64,000 nt of DNA from an uncultured Gammaproteobacteria bacterium. GTDB taxonomy: Bacteria; Pseudomonadota; Gammaproteobacteria; Arenicellales; Poriferihabitantaceae. The translations under genes and the position numbers were made by a program. Of this stretch, positions 1 through 9,296 are shown in pieces. The DNA lies in contig CAMYNW010000018.1 in NCBI GenBank assembly GCA_947259885.1, positions 77,061 to 141,060 of the forward strand. Reading direction: 5' to 3'. Every line of letters begins with the position of its first letter. Positions within the stretch are counted from its first letter, which is position 1. Under the pieces are notes generated by a model that saw only the letters and a program-made list of their open reading frames with translations, ran no database searches and was not told the DNA's origin.

Positions 1-2363
1 AAACCTGCAGCTTTCTGGAAGCCCAATTCGGCAAATTAATCGAGTCTGGGATTACCCCAGAGATGTTGCATCAGCATGTCAGCCAGCTCTCAATCGAGCT
101 GGTGTTGACCGCGCACCCGACGGAAATCGTGCGTCGAAGTGTGTCGTCTAAGTTCTTGCGTATCAATAATCTATTGGCGCAACGCGATCACGCTGACCTA
201 TCACGACTAGAACGTGAACAAATTGAGTTAGCACTGCATCGGGCAATTTCGGAAGTGTGGGAGACTGACGAAGTCCGTCGCAAACAGCTGACGCCAGTTG
301 ATGAGGCCAAGAACGGATTAATTGCAGTAGAACAGACTCTTTGGGATGTGGTGCCAGATGTTTTACGTAAACTGGATCTGGCGCTATTTGAGTACACAGG
401 AAAGCACCTCCCTCTCAACTCGGCCCCAATTCGGTTCGGTTCATGGATGGGCGGAGACAGGGACGGCAACCCGAATGCTACCCCGACGATCACGCAGGAA
501 GTCTGTTTGCTGTCGCGAGCTCGTGCAGCACAACTGTTTCATGACGAAATCGATGATCTGCGACGGGACCTTTCTATGCGAACCTGTAGTGAAGAGTTAA
601 CTCAGCTGGTCGGGCAACGCCGCGAGCCTTACCGCACACTACTTCAGTCTGTCCGTAAAACACTGCGTAACACTGTCCGCTACTACAACCAACTTCTCGA
701 AAACCTGGGCTCCGTAAAATCTCGAGGCCGGCCCGCAGCCGAACGTGACATTTATCTCTATACCGACCAGTTGCGTGAGTCATTAATGCTTTGCTATCGG
801 TCATTGGTGGAAACGGGTAACCAGATGATTGCAGACGGCCGATTGACCGACATTCTTAGGCGGCTCGACGTGTTCGGGCTTGTTCTGCTGAAGCTGGATA
901 TCAGACAAGAAGCTTCCCGCCACGCGGACGCGATAGATACGATCACTCGTCACCTCGAGATCGGTAGCTACCTTGATTGGGGTGAAGAAGAAAGACAAGC
1001 CTTCCTGATCAAGGAACTTAAAAGTAAGCGGCCATTGATTGCCTCCAGTTTTCCCGACCCAAACCAGGCTTCGGACGAAGTACGGGACGTCCTGCAAACG
1101 TTCCGGACCCTGGCAGCGGAAAACCCCGAGTCCCTCGGTACCTACGTCATTTCAATGGCGTCGACTCCCTCAGACGTGCTGGAGGTGGCGCTGTTGCAGA
1201 AAGAATGTCGGCTTCAACACCAAATGGGGATCGCGCCGCTGTTTGAACGGCTTAGCGATCTCGACTCTGCGGCTGACTGCATGGATAGGCTGTTCTCGAT
1301 CCCCTTTTATAAAAATTACATCAACGGTGCGCAGGAAGTCATGATCGGTTATTCCGATTCAGCCAAAGATGCAGGCAAACTCGCAGCCTCTTGGGGACTG
1401 TATCAGGCTCAGGAAAAGCTGGTTGAGGTATTTAAAAAAAATGATATTTCCCTGACCCTGTTTCATGGCCGCGGCGGGACTGTTGCGCGTGGCGGTGGGC
1501 CCGCTTACGAAGCCATATTGGCGCAACCTCCAGGGTCGGTAAACGGGTCTATGCGGGTTACGGAACAGGGCGAAGTTATCCAGGCAAAATTTGGCCTGCC
1601 AGGTATGGCTATGGAAACCCTAGAGGTGTACATCGGTTCTGTACTGGAGGCGACTCTGGCTCCACCACCTGCTCCAAGGCAAGTGTGGCGTGATCAAATT
1701 TCAGAGCTCGCATCTGTATCTCTCATGGAGTTTCATAGAATTATCCGTCATCATACTGATTTTGTAGAGTATTTTAGGTCCGCCACGCCAGAACAAGAAC
1801 TCGGCAATCTTAAGATCGGTAGTCGCCCGACTCGACGTAAGCCTGGGGGTGGAATTGAAACATTACGTGCAATCCCATGGATATTCGCCTGGACCCAGAC
1901 CCGTCTGATGCTGCCGGCATGGTTAGGGGTCGGCGCAGCCCTTAAGCACGCCATAGATCAGGGCAAGAAGCCGGTTCTTGACCAGATGCAGGCGGAATGG
2001 CCCTTTTTCAGCGCCACTATGGACTCTATCGAAATGGTGTTCTCAAAAGCGGATCCAAACGTCTCAGCGATCTACGACGCGAGGCTGGTGCCTCCTCATC
2101 TACAGGCACTCGGAAATGAGCTCAGGGGGATGTTTCAACAGAGCATGGAGATGACCCTGGCGGTTACTGGTCATAGGGTTCCCTTGGAAACCCAGCCCGT
2201 AGTGAGGCGTTCAGTGGATGTGCGCAACACTTATGTCGACCCGCTTAACCTGTTGCAGGTAGAGCTGCTATCCAGAGTAAGACAAAGCCACGATGAACAG
2301 GCGTTCGACGCCCTGCTAGTGGCGATCAACGGTATCGCAGCCGGAATGCGGAACACCGGCTAG
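1..2363 (+). CDS. ppc: Phosphoenolpyruvate carboxylase, 5' end cut by window edge
   Basis: 766-aa ORF from 63, plus 20 further open in-frame codons back to nt 3 with no stop, so the gene begins upstream of the window. PEPC signatures VLTAHPTE, MIGYSDSAKDAG, FHGRGGTVARGGGP and C-terminal GMRNTG. Confidence 0.95.
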   Translation, partial: TCSFLEAQFGKLIESGITPEMLHQHVSQLSIELVLTAHPTEIVRRSVSSKFLRINNLLAQRDHADLSRLEREQIELALHRAISEVWETDEVRRKQLTPVDEAKNGLIAVEQTLWDVVPDVLRKLDLALFEYTGKHLPLNSAPIRFGSWMGGDRDGNPNATPTITQEVCLLSRARAAQLFHDEIDDLRRDLSMRTCSEELTQLVGQRREPYRTLLQSVRKTLRNTVRYYNQLLENLGSVKSRGRPAAERDIYLYTDQLRESLMLCYRSLVETGNQMIADGRLTDILRRLDVFGLVLLKLDIRQEASRHADAIDTITRHLEIGSYLDWGEEERQAFLIKELKSKRPLIASSFPDPNQASDEVRDVLQTFRTLAAENPESLGTYVISMASTPSDVLEVALLQKECRLQHQMGIAPLFERLSDLDSAADCMDRLFSIPFYKNYINGAQEVMIGYSDSAKDAGKLAASWGLYQAQEKLVEVFKKNDISLTLFHGRGGTVARGGGPAYEAILAQPPGSVNGSMRVTEQGEVIQAKFGLPGMAMETLEVYIGSVLEATLAPPPAPRQVWRDQISELASVSLMEFHRIIRHHTDFVEYFRSATPEQELGNLKIGSRPTRRKPGGGIETLRAIPWIFAWTQTRLMLPAWLGVGAALKHAIDQGKKPVLDQMQAEWPFFSATMDSIEMVFSKADPNVSAIYDARLVPPHLQALGNELRGMFQQSMEMTLAVTGHRVPLETQPVVRRSVDVRNTYVDPLNLLQVELLSRVRQSHDEQAFDALLVAINGIAAGMRNTG

Positions 2364-2366
2364 ATT

Positions 2367-2978
2367 ATGAAAGCCGACAATATTACAGCGGTGATTCTAG
2401 CGGGAGGCCGCGCCACGCGTATGGGCGGTCAGGACAAAGGACTATTAGAGGTTGCCGGAAAATCCATCGTAGCTCGAATCGCTTCCCAACTTTCTGAACA
2501 AGTGTCCAAGATCCTGATCAATGCCAATCGTAACCAGGATGAGTATGAAAAGCTCGGATATCCGGTTATCAACGATTCTCTTTCAAACTACCAGGGGCCA
2601 CTGGCGGGCATGGCAGCCGCGCTCGCGAAAATCGATACCGAGTGGCTGCTTACCGTGCCTTGTGATGGTCCCTTTGTCGCGAAAGATTATGCTGTCAGGA
2701 TGATGCAAGTCGCCGAAGAGCAATCTGTAAAGCTCGTCGTTGCCTCCGATGCTGACCGGATACAACCGGTTTACGCTCTAATACATATTCAGTTGCTGCC
2801 AAGCATGCAAGCGTTCCTTAAAAGCGGTGAACGTAAAATAGATAGATGGTATGCCCAGCACCCCTATTCCATCGTCGAATTTAGGGATCGAGAACAGATG
2901 TTTACTAACATTAATACACCGGAACAATTGGCTGCGACCGAAGATGCATTAAAAAAGCATAACAGCAATCGGGTTTGA
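2367..2978 (+). CDS. mobA: Molybdenum cofactor guanylyltransferase
   Basis: 203 aa. N-terminal ILAGGRATRMGGQDKGLL nucleotide-binding motif and PCDGPF typical of MobA. ATG lies 3 nt after the ppc stop. Confidence 0.85.
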   Translation: MKADNITAVILAGGRATRMGGQDKGLLEVAGKSIVARIASQLSEQVSKILINANRNQDEYEKLGYPVINDSLSNYQGPLAGMAAALAKIDTEWLLTVPCDGPFVAKDYAVRMMQVAEEQSVKLVVASDADRIQPVYALIHIQLLPSMQAFLKSGERKIDRWYAQHPYSIVEFRDREQMFTNINTPEQLAATEDALKKHNSNRV

Positions 2979-3050
2979 CCCTGACGGGTGTCACAATAGC
3001 TGTAACTGACTGAGCTGAAAGAATCTTACTTTTGTAAGCAAAAGAAAAAT

Positions 3051-3548
3051 CTACGAAACAGAACGGATCAAGAAAACCGGGGTAATACCATTGAGGCGCT
3101 TGTAGTCACTGGTTACGTTAGCATTCGCTATAATGACATTATCGGAGATAGGGAATCTTTGATCGCCATGGCGATAGCCTTGGGCCTCATCAAATGGTCG
3201 GACAGTGCGCGCAAGTTTTGGCAACTGGTAACGCCTGCTTGAACCGGGTTTGATGTGGACCGACCCGACCACCATCAGCTGGCGAACATCTAAAATACCC
3301 CCAGGGACACTTACTTCACCATCAAAGTTCACATTCACAATAATATCCTGGTTGGTGGGATTACCGAATACTACAGTGCCGTGGTTACTTCCGGACTCAT
3401 AATAAATACTGATGTCCAGCCTTTCCTTACCATTCCGATTATTGATAAGCGTAGTGACAGACCATACTGGCACAGCGGCTGCCGCCGCGAAAACGGAGAT
3501 AACCTTTAGCGTGCTACGTTTTGTTAAATCAACCACAGTACTCATCAC
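3051..3548 (-). CDS. Hypothetical exported protein (signal-peptide-like N-terminus)
   Basis: 165-aa ORF. N-terminus TKRSTLKVISVFAAAAAVPVWS looks like a signal peptide with a KR (Tat-like but not canonical RR) n-region. The remainder is beta-rich and I recognise no family. Confidence 0.5.
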   Translation of the reverse strand: MMSTVVDLTKRSTLKVISVFAAAAAVPVWSVTTLINNRNGKERLDISIYYESGSNHGTVVFGNPTNQDIIVNVNFDGEVSVPGGILDVRQLMVVGSVHIKPGSSRRYQLPKLARTVRPFDEAQGYRHGDQRFPISDNVIIANANVTSDYKRLNGITPVFLIRSVS

Positions 3549-3782
3549 TTTCGTTCAAATTAAGTTTATTAGATGGTTTAATGGCTGAACTGAAGCTGAA
3601 TACAGTCCTGTTTACGCAATAGCGAGCCTTATAAAGCCAATCCCGGGTCAAACGCTCCGTATCCCTACTTGGATTAATCGTATTAAGGCATGGGGCAAGT
3701 GAATACTCAAATCCACTTCAAGTGAATTCACCACAACGAGTATATTTGAATCAATATCTACATCCTAAACTTCTAATTCGCG

Positions 3783-4535
3783 ATGTCAGAGGTCAGCCTT
3801 CGATTTTATCAGGAACTGAATGATTTTCTTTCTGCAAACAGGAAGAAACGAGAATTCACCGTCCCCTTCCGACCGCGTAATTCGATCAAGGACATGATTG
3901 AATCTGTCGGAGTGCCACATACCGAGGTAGATCTAATACTGGTCAACGGGCATTCGGTAGAATTTTCGTACATCGTTCAACCCGATGATCAAGTCAGTAT
4001 ATATCCTGTGTACGAAGCGCTCGATATTTCAGATGTAACCCGCCTGCGACCTGAACCGCTGCGAAAAATTCGCTTTGTGTCGGATACTCATCTTGGCAGG
4101 CTGGCCCGCTATCTGCGTCTGCTCGGGTTCGATACGCTATACAGCAATATCTGGAAAGACGATGAGCTGGCCGAGATCGCCGCTTGCGGAAATAAACGCA
4201 TATTACTCACCCGCGATCATGGGTTATTGAAACGCAGTAAAGTCACACACGGTTATTTCATTCGCAACGATAAGCCGGCTAGACAGATTCGCGAAGTTCT
4301 CTCGAAATTTGATCTTTATCGATCAGTAAAACCCTTTACGCGTTGTATGCGGTGTAACGGCCTTATCCGTGCGATACCTAGAGATCGGATTATCGAACAA
4401 CTACCAGACAGAGTGTCAAAAACGTTGGACAAATTTACTGCTTGTGAAGACTGCAAAAAGATCTACTGGCGAGGCAGTCATTATGATCATATGCAACGGA
4501 TTATTGATGACTTACTTAGAGAGCAAAACATATGA
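3783..4535 (+). CDS. Mut7-C RNase domain protein (PIN-like) with N-terminal ubiquitin-like domain and C-terminal zinc ribbon
   Basis: 250 aa. N-terminal beta-grasp-like region (LRFYQELNDFL...VNGHSV), central FVSDTHLGRLARYLRLLGFD typical of Mut7-C/DUF82, and C-terminal CMRCNG...CEDCKKIYWRGSHY zinc ribbon. Confidence 0.7.
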   Translation: MSEVSLRFYQELNDFLSANRKKREFTVPFRPRNSIKDMIESVGVPHTEVDLILVNGHSVEFSYIVQPDDQVSIYPVYEALDISDVTRLRPEPLRKIRFVSDTHLGRLARYLRLLGFDTLYSNIWKDDELAEIAACGNKRILLTRDHGLLKRSKVTHGYFIRNDKPARQIREVLSKFDLYRSVKPFTRCMRCNGLIRAIPRDRIIEQLPDRVSKTLDKFTACEDCKKIYWRGSHYDHMQRIIDDLLREQNI

Positions 4536-4705
4536 ATTGGAGATCGCCTATATGTATGAAATTTTCATAAATAATCGAATTTGATAAAAAAACTACCAGG
4601 CTGCAGTGATACGCAAGCAGTACAGCGAAGGAATCTATGCTGATACCTGAGGAGCCTCTTCTTTGTTTGGGTGAGCAATCCAATAGTCTAGATGGCGGTC
4701 ACGGT

Positions 4706-5410
4706 TCAGGCAAACTCAACAGTTATCCTTCTATTTTGCTTTCCCTTCTTTTTAATACTTTGTACCCGCACCGGACCTATCTCCCCAGTTCGCGCGACAT
4801 GGGTGCCGCCACAGGGTTGCAGGTCGGCGCCAGAAAATTCCACCAGTCTGATCTTGCCACTTCCACTTGGTGGCTTTACTGACATGGTTCTCACGAGGTC
4901 CGGTTGAGCATCCATTTCTGCATCTGTGATCCATTTAAGTGACATGGGTAGATCTGCAACAATCAACTCGTTCAGTTTGTCTTCTATAGCCTGTTTGTCG
5001 GGAGGTTCCGGAATATCGAAATCCAGTCGACCGCTGCCATCGCGTATAGACCCTCCTGTTACCGGCTCTGGAACCGCTGCACAAAGCATATGCATACAGC
5101 TATGCATGCGCATGATTCGGTGCCGGCGCTCCCAATCGATGGTGAGTGTAATTTTATCGCCAACTGCCGGCAGCGCAGTTCCTTCCGCCACCATATGCAG
5201 ATGTACTCCACTTTCTCTATCTTTATAAGTATCTACGATTTCACCACTCAAGCCGTTGGCACATAAAAATTTTCCAGTATCGCCTGGCTGCCCGCCTCCC
5301 ACAGGGTAAAACACCGTCTGATCGACACCAAATCCTTTATCGAGTACATCGGTAACTTCTGCTTCGCAGCTTTTGAGGTATCCGTCTTCACGAAACAATT
5401 CTTTGGTCAT
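4706..5410 (-). CDS. Alanyl-tRNA editing protein (AlaX-like, Thr/Ala-tRNA synthetase second additional domain)
   Basis: 234 aa. Zinc/editing motifs HSCMHMLC (HxxxH) and CGGTHV (CxxxH). 4-nt overlap with the upstream gene. Confidence 0.8.
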   Translation of the reverse strand: MTKELFREDGYLKSCEAEVTDVLDKGFGVDQTVFYPVGGGQPGDTGKFLCANGLSGEIVDTYKDRESGVHLHMVAEGTALPAVGDKITLTIDWERRHRIMRMHSCMHMLCAAVPEPVTGGSIRDGSGRLDFDIPEPPDKQAIEDKLNELIVADLPMSLKWITDAEMDAQPDLVRTMSVKPPSGSGKIRLVEFSGADLQPCGGTHVARTGEIGPVRVQSIKKKGKQNRRITVEFA

Positions 5411-6378
5411 GAATATTGCTCCATTGATATTGAGATTTTCTGTTTTACCATTTCAGCGACCTTGACGGCGGTGAGTCCAGCTTCTCCAGTCACTAACGGT
5501 TGCTCTCCGCACTGCACACAGCTAATAAAATGGGCCAGTTCCGCATTGAGCGGCAACTGCGGTTCCACTTTAATTTGGCGGTCGATTAACTCCGGGAACT
5601 CAGAGCCGTCATGTGTTTTAACTGTCCGAACTTCCTCCAGTTGCTGATCGCTGAAGTTAAGTCCAAGATAGTGGTCTTGCGCAAATACTCGGATCCGTCG
5701 AAATTGATTGCGCGATACTCTGCTGGCGGTCACGTTCGCCACCGCGCCATTGGTAAATTCAAGGCGCGCATTTGCAATGTCCACATGATCCGTTATAACT
5801 TTAGTGCCAGTCGCAGAAATATTCTTAAGGGACGAAGGTACAAGAGACAGCACAATATCGATGTCGTGAATCATTAGATCAGTCACGACGTCCACATCGG
5901 TTGCTCGTTCTACAAACTTTCCAAGACGGTGTACTTCGATGAATCTCGGATCTCCTGCTAATTCAGCAAGTTTCATGACCCCCGCATTAAACCTTTCAAG
6001 ATGTCCCACCTGGAGAATTACGTTGTGTTTATTGGCGAGCTCAACGATTGCGCTGCTTTCTTCTACTGAAGGGGCGATGGGCTTCTCAAGCATCATATGT
6101 ATCTTCCGTTCCAGGAATGGCACGGAAACCGGCAAATGGAGACTGGTCGGCACCACAATACTGACTGCATCGATTTGCATCGCCTGGTCCGAATCTAGAA
6201 GCTGATCGACTGACTCGAAGCCTCTGCAGCCGTACTCATTGGAAATTGCGCCTGCTGCGGAATGATCCGTGTCTACCACGGCAATTAAGTTGACTTCGGG
6301 CATGCTGTGGTAGATCTTGGCATGGATACGCCCAAGGTACCCCACTCCTACGACTGCAACATTTACTGGCGTAGCCAT
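5407..6378 (-). CDS. Gfo/Idh/MocA family NAD(P)-dependent oxidoreductase
   Basis: Rossmann N-terminus VAVVGVGYLGRIHA and a EKP motif (LEKPIAP). The ORF track starts at a TTG (6396). I prefer the ATG at 6378 (MATPVNV), but the start is uncertain. Confidence 0.8.
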   Translation of the reverse strand: MATPVNVAVVGVGYLGRIHAKIYHSMPEVNLIAVVDTDHSAAGAISNEYGCRGFESVDQLLDSDQAMQIDAVSIVVPTSLHLPVSVPFLERKIHMMLEKPIAPSVEESSAIVELANKHNVILQVGHLERFNAGVMKLAELAGDPRFIEVHRLGKFVERATDVDVVTDLMIHDIDIVLSLVPSSLKNISATGTKVITDHVDIANARLEFTNGAVANVTASRVSRNQFRRIRVFAQDHYLGLNFSDQQLEEVRTVKTHDGSEFPELIDRQIKVEPQLPLNAELAHFISCVQCGEQPLVTGEAGLTAVKVAEMVKQKISISMEQYS

Positions 6379-6456
6379 TCGTATTTTTTTTAACAAACTT
6401 TAAACCCGGTAGCCTACACCTAGGACATAAAAATTGCGAATCGCGGCCTTCCCGAG

Positions 6457-7383
6457 TTACTGCTTGAGCATTTTTACACAGCTCATTTTGCAAGAACGAA
6501 TCGCGTCGGTAAGCGCGTCGATGGCCTGAAGCCTCGGGAATCCTTTACGCCAGGAAAGTATCACTTCTCTTGCAGGTGTTGAGCCGGAAAATCGTTTGAT
6601 TGATAGTAAACGTCTTGAGTATTCTTCCGCGCCTGCGGCGCTGCAAGGCAATACCGTGACCCCTACTCCGCTGGCGACCATGTGACGTATGGTCTCAATG
6701 GAACCGCCTTCCAATGTTTTTTGTATATCATCCTGCTCACCTACCCTGAGGCAACCTGGACAAACTTCAAGTACCTGGTCGCGAAAACAATGCCCTTTGC
6801 CGAGTAATAACACCGTTTCCTTAGAAAGCTCATCGGCTTTGATAGATTTGCGTGCAGCCCACGGATGGGAGCTTGGGAGCACCACCACAAACGGCTCACG
6901 ATAGAGGGGTCGAATTTCGATTCCAGGTTCAGTAAATGGACGCGCAAGAATGATGGCATCGAGGCTACCCTGTTTAAGACGCACCCGCAGATCCGCTGTA
7001 AAACCTTCTTCTATTATCACCTGAAGATCTGGCGTACGCTCTCGCAGAGCCGGGATCAGATTGGGTAAAAGATAGGGGCCAATAGTATAGATGACTCCGA
7101 TTCTGAGCGGCTCTGACAAAGCATTGTCATCGGCCGCTGCGATCTGAATGATACGCCCAGCCGCTTCCAGTGTACGCTGCGCCTGGTCTACGATCTGCTT
7201 ACCGATCGGGGTCAGAAACACATCGGTTTTTCCGCGCTCAAATAGTGTAACCTTAAGCTCTTGCTCGAGTTTCTTTACCGCGACACTAAGCGTAGGCTGA
7301 CTTACAAAACAGGCCTTTGCAGCACGACCGAAATGACGCTCCTGCGCTACCGCGACAATATACCGAAGCTCGGCAAGGGTCAC
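6457..7383 (-). CDS. oxyR: LysR-family hydrogen peroxide sensor/regulator OxyR
   Basis: 308 aa. LysR HTH (FGRAAKACFVSQPTLSVAVKKLE), GPYLLP, and GHCFRDQVLEVC with the two redox cysteines spaced as in E. coli OxyR C199/C208. SIETIRHMVASGVGVTVLP also matches. Confidence 0.8.
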   Translation of the reverse strand: MTLAELRYIVAVAQERHFGRAAKACFVSQPTLSVAVKKLEQELKVTLFERGKTDVFLTPIGKQIVDQAQRTLEAAGRIIQIAAADDNALSEPLRIGVIYTIGPYLLPNLIPALRERTPDLQVIIEEGFTADLRVRLKQGSLDAIILARPFTEPGIEIRPLYREPFVVVLPSSHPWAARKSIKADELSKETVLLLGKGHCFRDQVLEVCPGCLRVGEQDDIQKTLEGGSIETIRHMVASGVGVTVLPCSAAGAEEYSRRLLSIKRFSGSTPAREVILSWRKGFPRLQAIDALTDAIRSCKMSCVKMLKQ

Positions 7384-7397
7384 CGCGGAATCATGCG

Positions 7398-7991
7398 CTA
7401 ATGACGCAACGCCAGATCTGATACTAAAGATCCAGCAGTATTTTCAGGCAACGCTCCAGTTTCATGAGAATAGTTTTCGTGCTCCACACCCATGAACAGG
7501 TCGGCGCCCTGCTTGGCTGCCTCAATCATCGGAGCGCTTAACTCGAACCTGAGGAAATGAACGGCCGAGGTCTTGTCTTCAGTTTCCCGCTCCAGATCTT
7601 CATTAGCGATCGGATAAACCTTATCTTGATTGTCGACGCGCACCCAGATCTTTCGCTCGACCCCAACCAGTCTTGCCAGTTGCTCTCGACGCTCATCCTC
7701 ATCTTCGAATTCCAACATAAATGTTGCCTTCCAGTTAGTGCCATCAGGAATCAGTGGGTTATAGGCTTCCAGCTCCTCGTCGATACCGGAGATTTCAAAG
7801 ATCTTCTCGATTCTTAACATCTCCTGAACCTGGTATTGCATAGTTAAGCGATCTTCGAAATAAAGCGTCGCATTTGGGCCGAGAGACACTTGCCGGTTCT
7901 TTTTATGCGCGATCACCTGCTTTCGAAAATCCAGTCGCTCCTGGGCGTACTTTTCGAGGGTCATCAAATCTTCACGATGGAGCTTGTTCAT
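7398..7991 (-). CDS. DUF3501 family protein
   Basis: 197 aa. The N-terminus (LEKYAQERLDFRKQVIAHKKNRQVSLGPNATLYFEDRLTMQYQVQEMLRIEKIF) resembles DUF3501 as I recall it. It has the usual position downstream of a CCG Fe-S protein and rubrerythrin. Confidence 0.7.
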   Translation of the reverse strand: MNKLHREDLMTLEKYAQERLDFRKQVIAHKKNRQVSLGPNATLYFEDRLTMQYQVQEMLRIEKIFEISGIDEELEAYNPLIPDGTNWKATFMLEFEDEDERREQLARLVGVERKIWVRVDNQDKVYPIANEDLERETEDKTSAVHFLRFELSAPMIEAAKQGADLFMGVEHENYSHETGALPENTAGSLVSDLALRH

Positions 7992-8021
7992 TCTAAATTT
8001 ACCTCAGAAACCAGAAAAAGT

Positions 8022-9211
8022 TTAAATTAAGTAGGCTTTGCGCAACAGTGATATCGGATGCTCAGTCACTGATCCGTCTGCTAGTCCGTGTTCAATAAAG
8101 CGTCCTGCCATAGGACAATCGCTTCCGTAATGATCTGCTGCAGCCTGTTTAACTCGGTTCACCACCGGTTTGGCAATTTTCATCGCCGCATCATAGGAGC
8201 GGGTTTTAACGCCATAGGTACCATCATGTCCTGAGCATCGCTCGATTGTGTGCACCTCCGTATCAGGTACAAGCTCCAGGCACTGTTTGGTTTTCTGGCC
8301 GATCATCTGAACACGCTGGTGGCAGGCTGCATGGTAAGCCACCTTGCCAAGCGACTGCTTGAATTCGGTCTTAAGCACACCTTCTTTGTGACGCAGCATT
8401 AAATACTCGAAAGGGTCATAAATTGCATTGGCAACTTTCTTGACCTGCTCGTCGCCTGGAAACATCAGCGGCAGCTCTTGACGAAACATCAACACACAAG
8501 ACGGAACTGGTGCCATAATGTCCCACCCCTGATCAATCAGGGCCGCTAACACAGGCACATTGGCTTCCTTAGCAGCGGCTACACCGGCTAGATCACCCAA
8601 CTCCAGTTTAGGCATCCCGCAGCAGCGCTCCTGATCCACCAGTCGAACATGGACTTGGTTATGTCGGAGTACCTGAACCAGATCCTCCCCAAGATCGGGC
8701 TCGTTGTAGTTACCGAAACAGGTCGCGAAAATTGCCACCTTGCCGGTGGTTTCACCCGCCACCTGAGGGTTTTGTCCCACATCGCCCTGACCTTTCATGC
8801 GCTTCCTTAAAGGTTTGCCATCGTATACCGGCAGCTTGGCATCTGGATGAACACCGAGCGCTTTGTCAAGTAGTTTGCGCAGGGACTTGACGTTGTTGGC
8901 TGAATTTACTGCATTCACAACCACTGGAATTGTCGAGAGTTTTCCTACCGCGTCGGTATTGGCCAATAATTTTTCGCCCGCTTTGACCCGTTCTTATTGA
9001 CCCCATCGACTTCCATGGTTGAAGACTCATCGACAAGGTCGAATAAAGTAGGAAAGGCCGCGCATAGACTGTTGCAACGCCTGCACCCATGGCAGAGGTC
9101 GTAAACCCGTTCAAGCTCTTCGAATAACGACTGCTCGTTATAAAAATCTGGATTTTTCCAATCCAGCGAATGCCGGGTAGGGGCCTCAAGATTACCTTCT
9201 CTATGTGCCAT
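8022..9211 (-). pseudogene. Heterodisulfide-reductase-related (CCG domain) Fe-S oxidoreductase, disrupted by frame change and apparent internal deletion
   Basis: Two abutting ORFs in different frames: 9211->8945 (88 aa, CHGCRRCNSLC cluster motif) and an open frame 8993->8022. The second carries two CCG-type motifs (ATCFGNY...CCGMP; AACHQR...RCSGHDG). Only about 27 nt separate MEVDGV from KLLANTDAVGK, and no second CX2CX2CX3CP ferredoxin motif is present anywhere. Confidence 0.65.
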
Positions 9212-9253
9212 ATGATCTTTTTCCCAGGTAAGATTGAATTAAGTGAAGTCAGA

Positions 9254-9289
9254 TGGCACCGGTCGGACCATATGGTCCGACCGGTGCCA
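9254..9289. repeat. 36-bp perfect palindrome (GC-rich stem-loop) in the rubrerythrin / Fe-S gene intercistronic gap
   Basis: TGGCACCGGTCGGACCATATGGTCCGACCGGTGCCA equals its own reverse complement (checked base by base). It lies between the rubrerythrin stop (9297) and the Fe-S gene start (9211). No U-run follows it on the transcribed (minus) strand. Confidence 0.9.
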
Positions 9290-9296
9290 AGCTGTT

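Noticed and set aside
2361-2369. Only 3 nt between the ppc stop and the mobA start.
   Set aside because: This probably just reflects compact gene packing. There is no functional link I can argue from the sequence.
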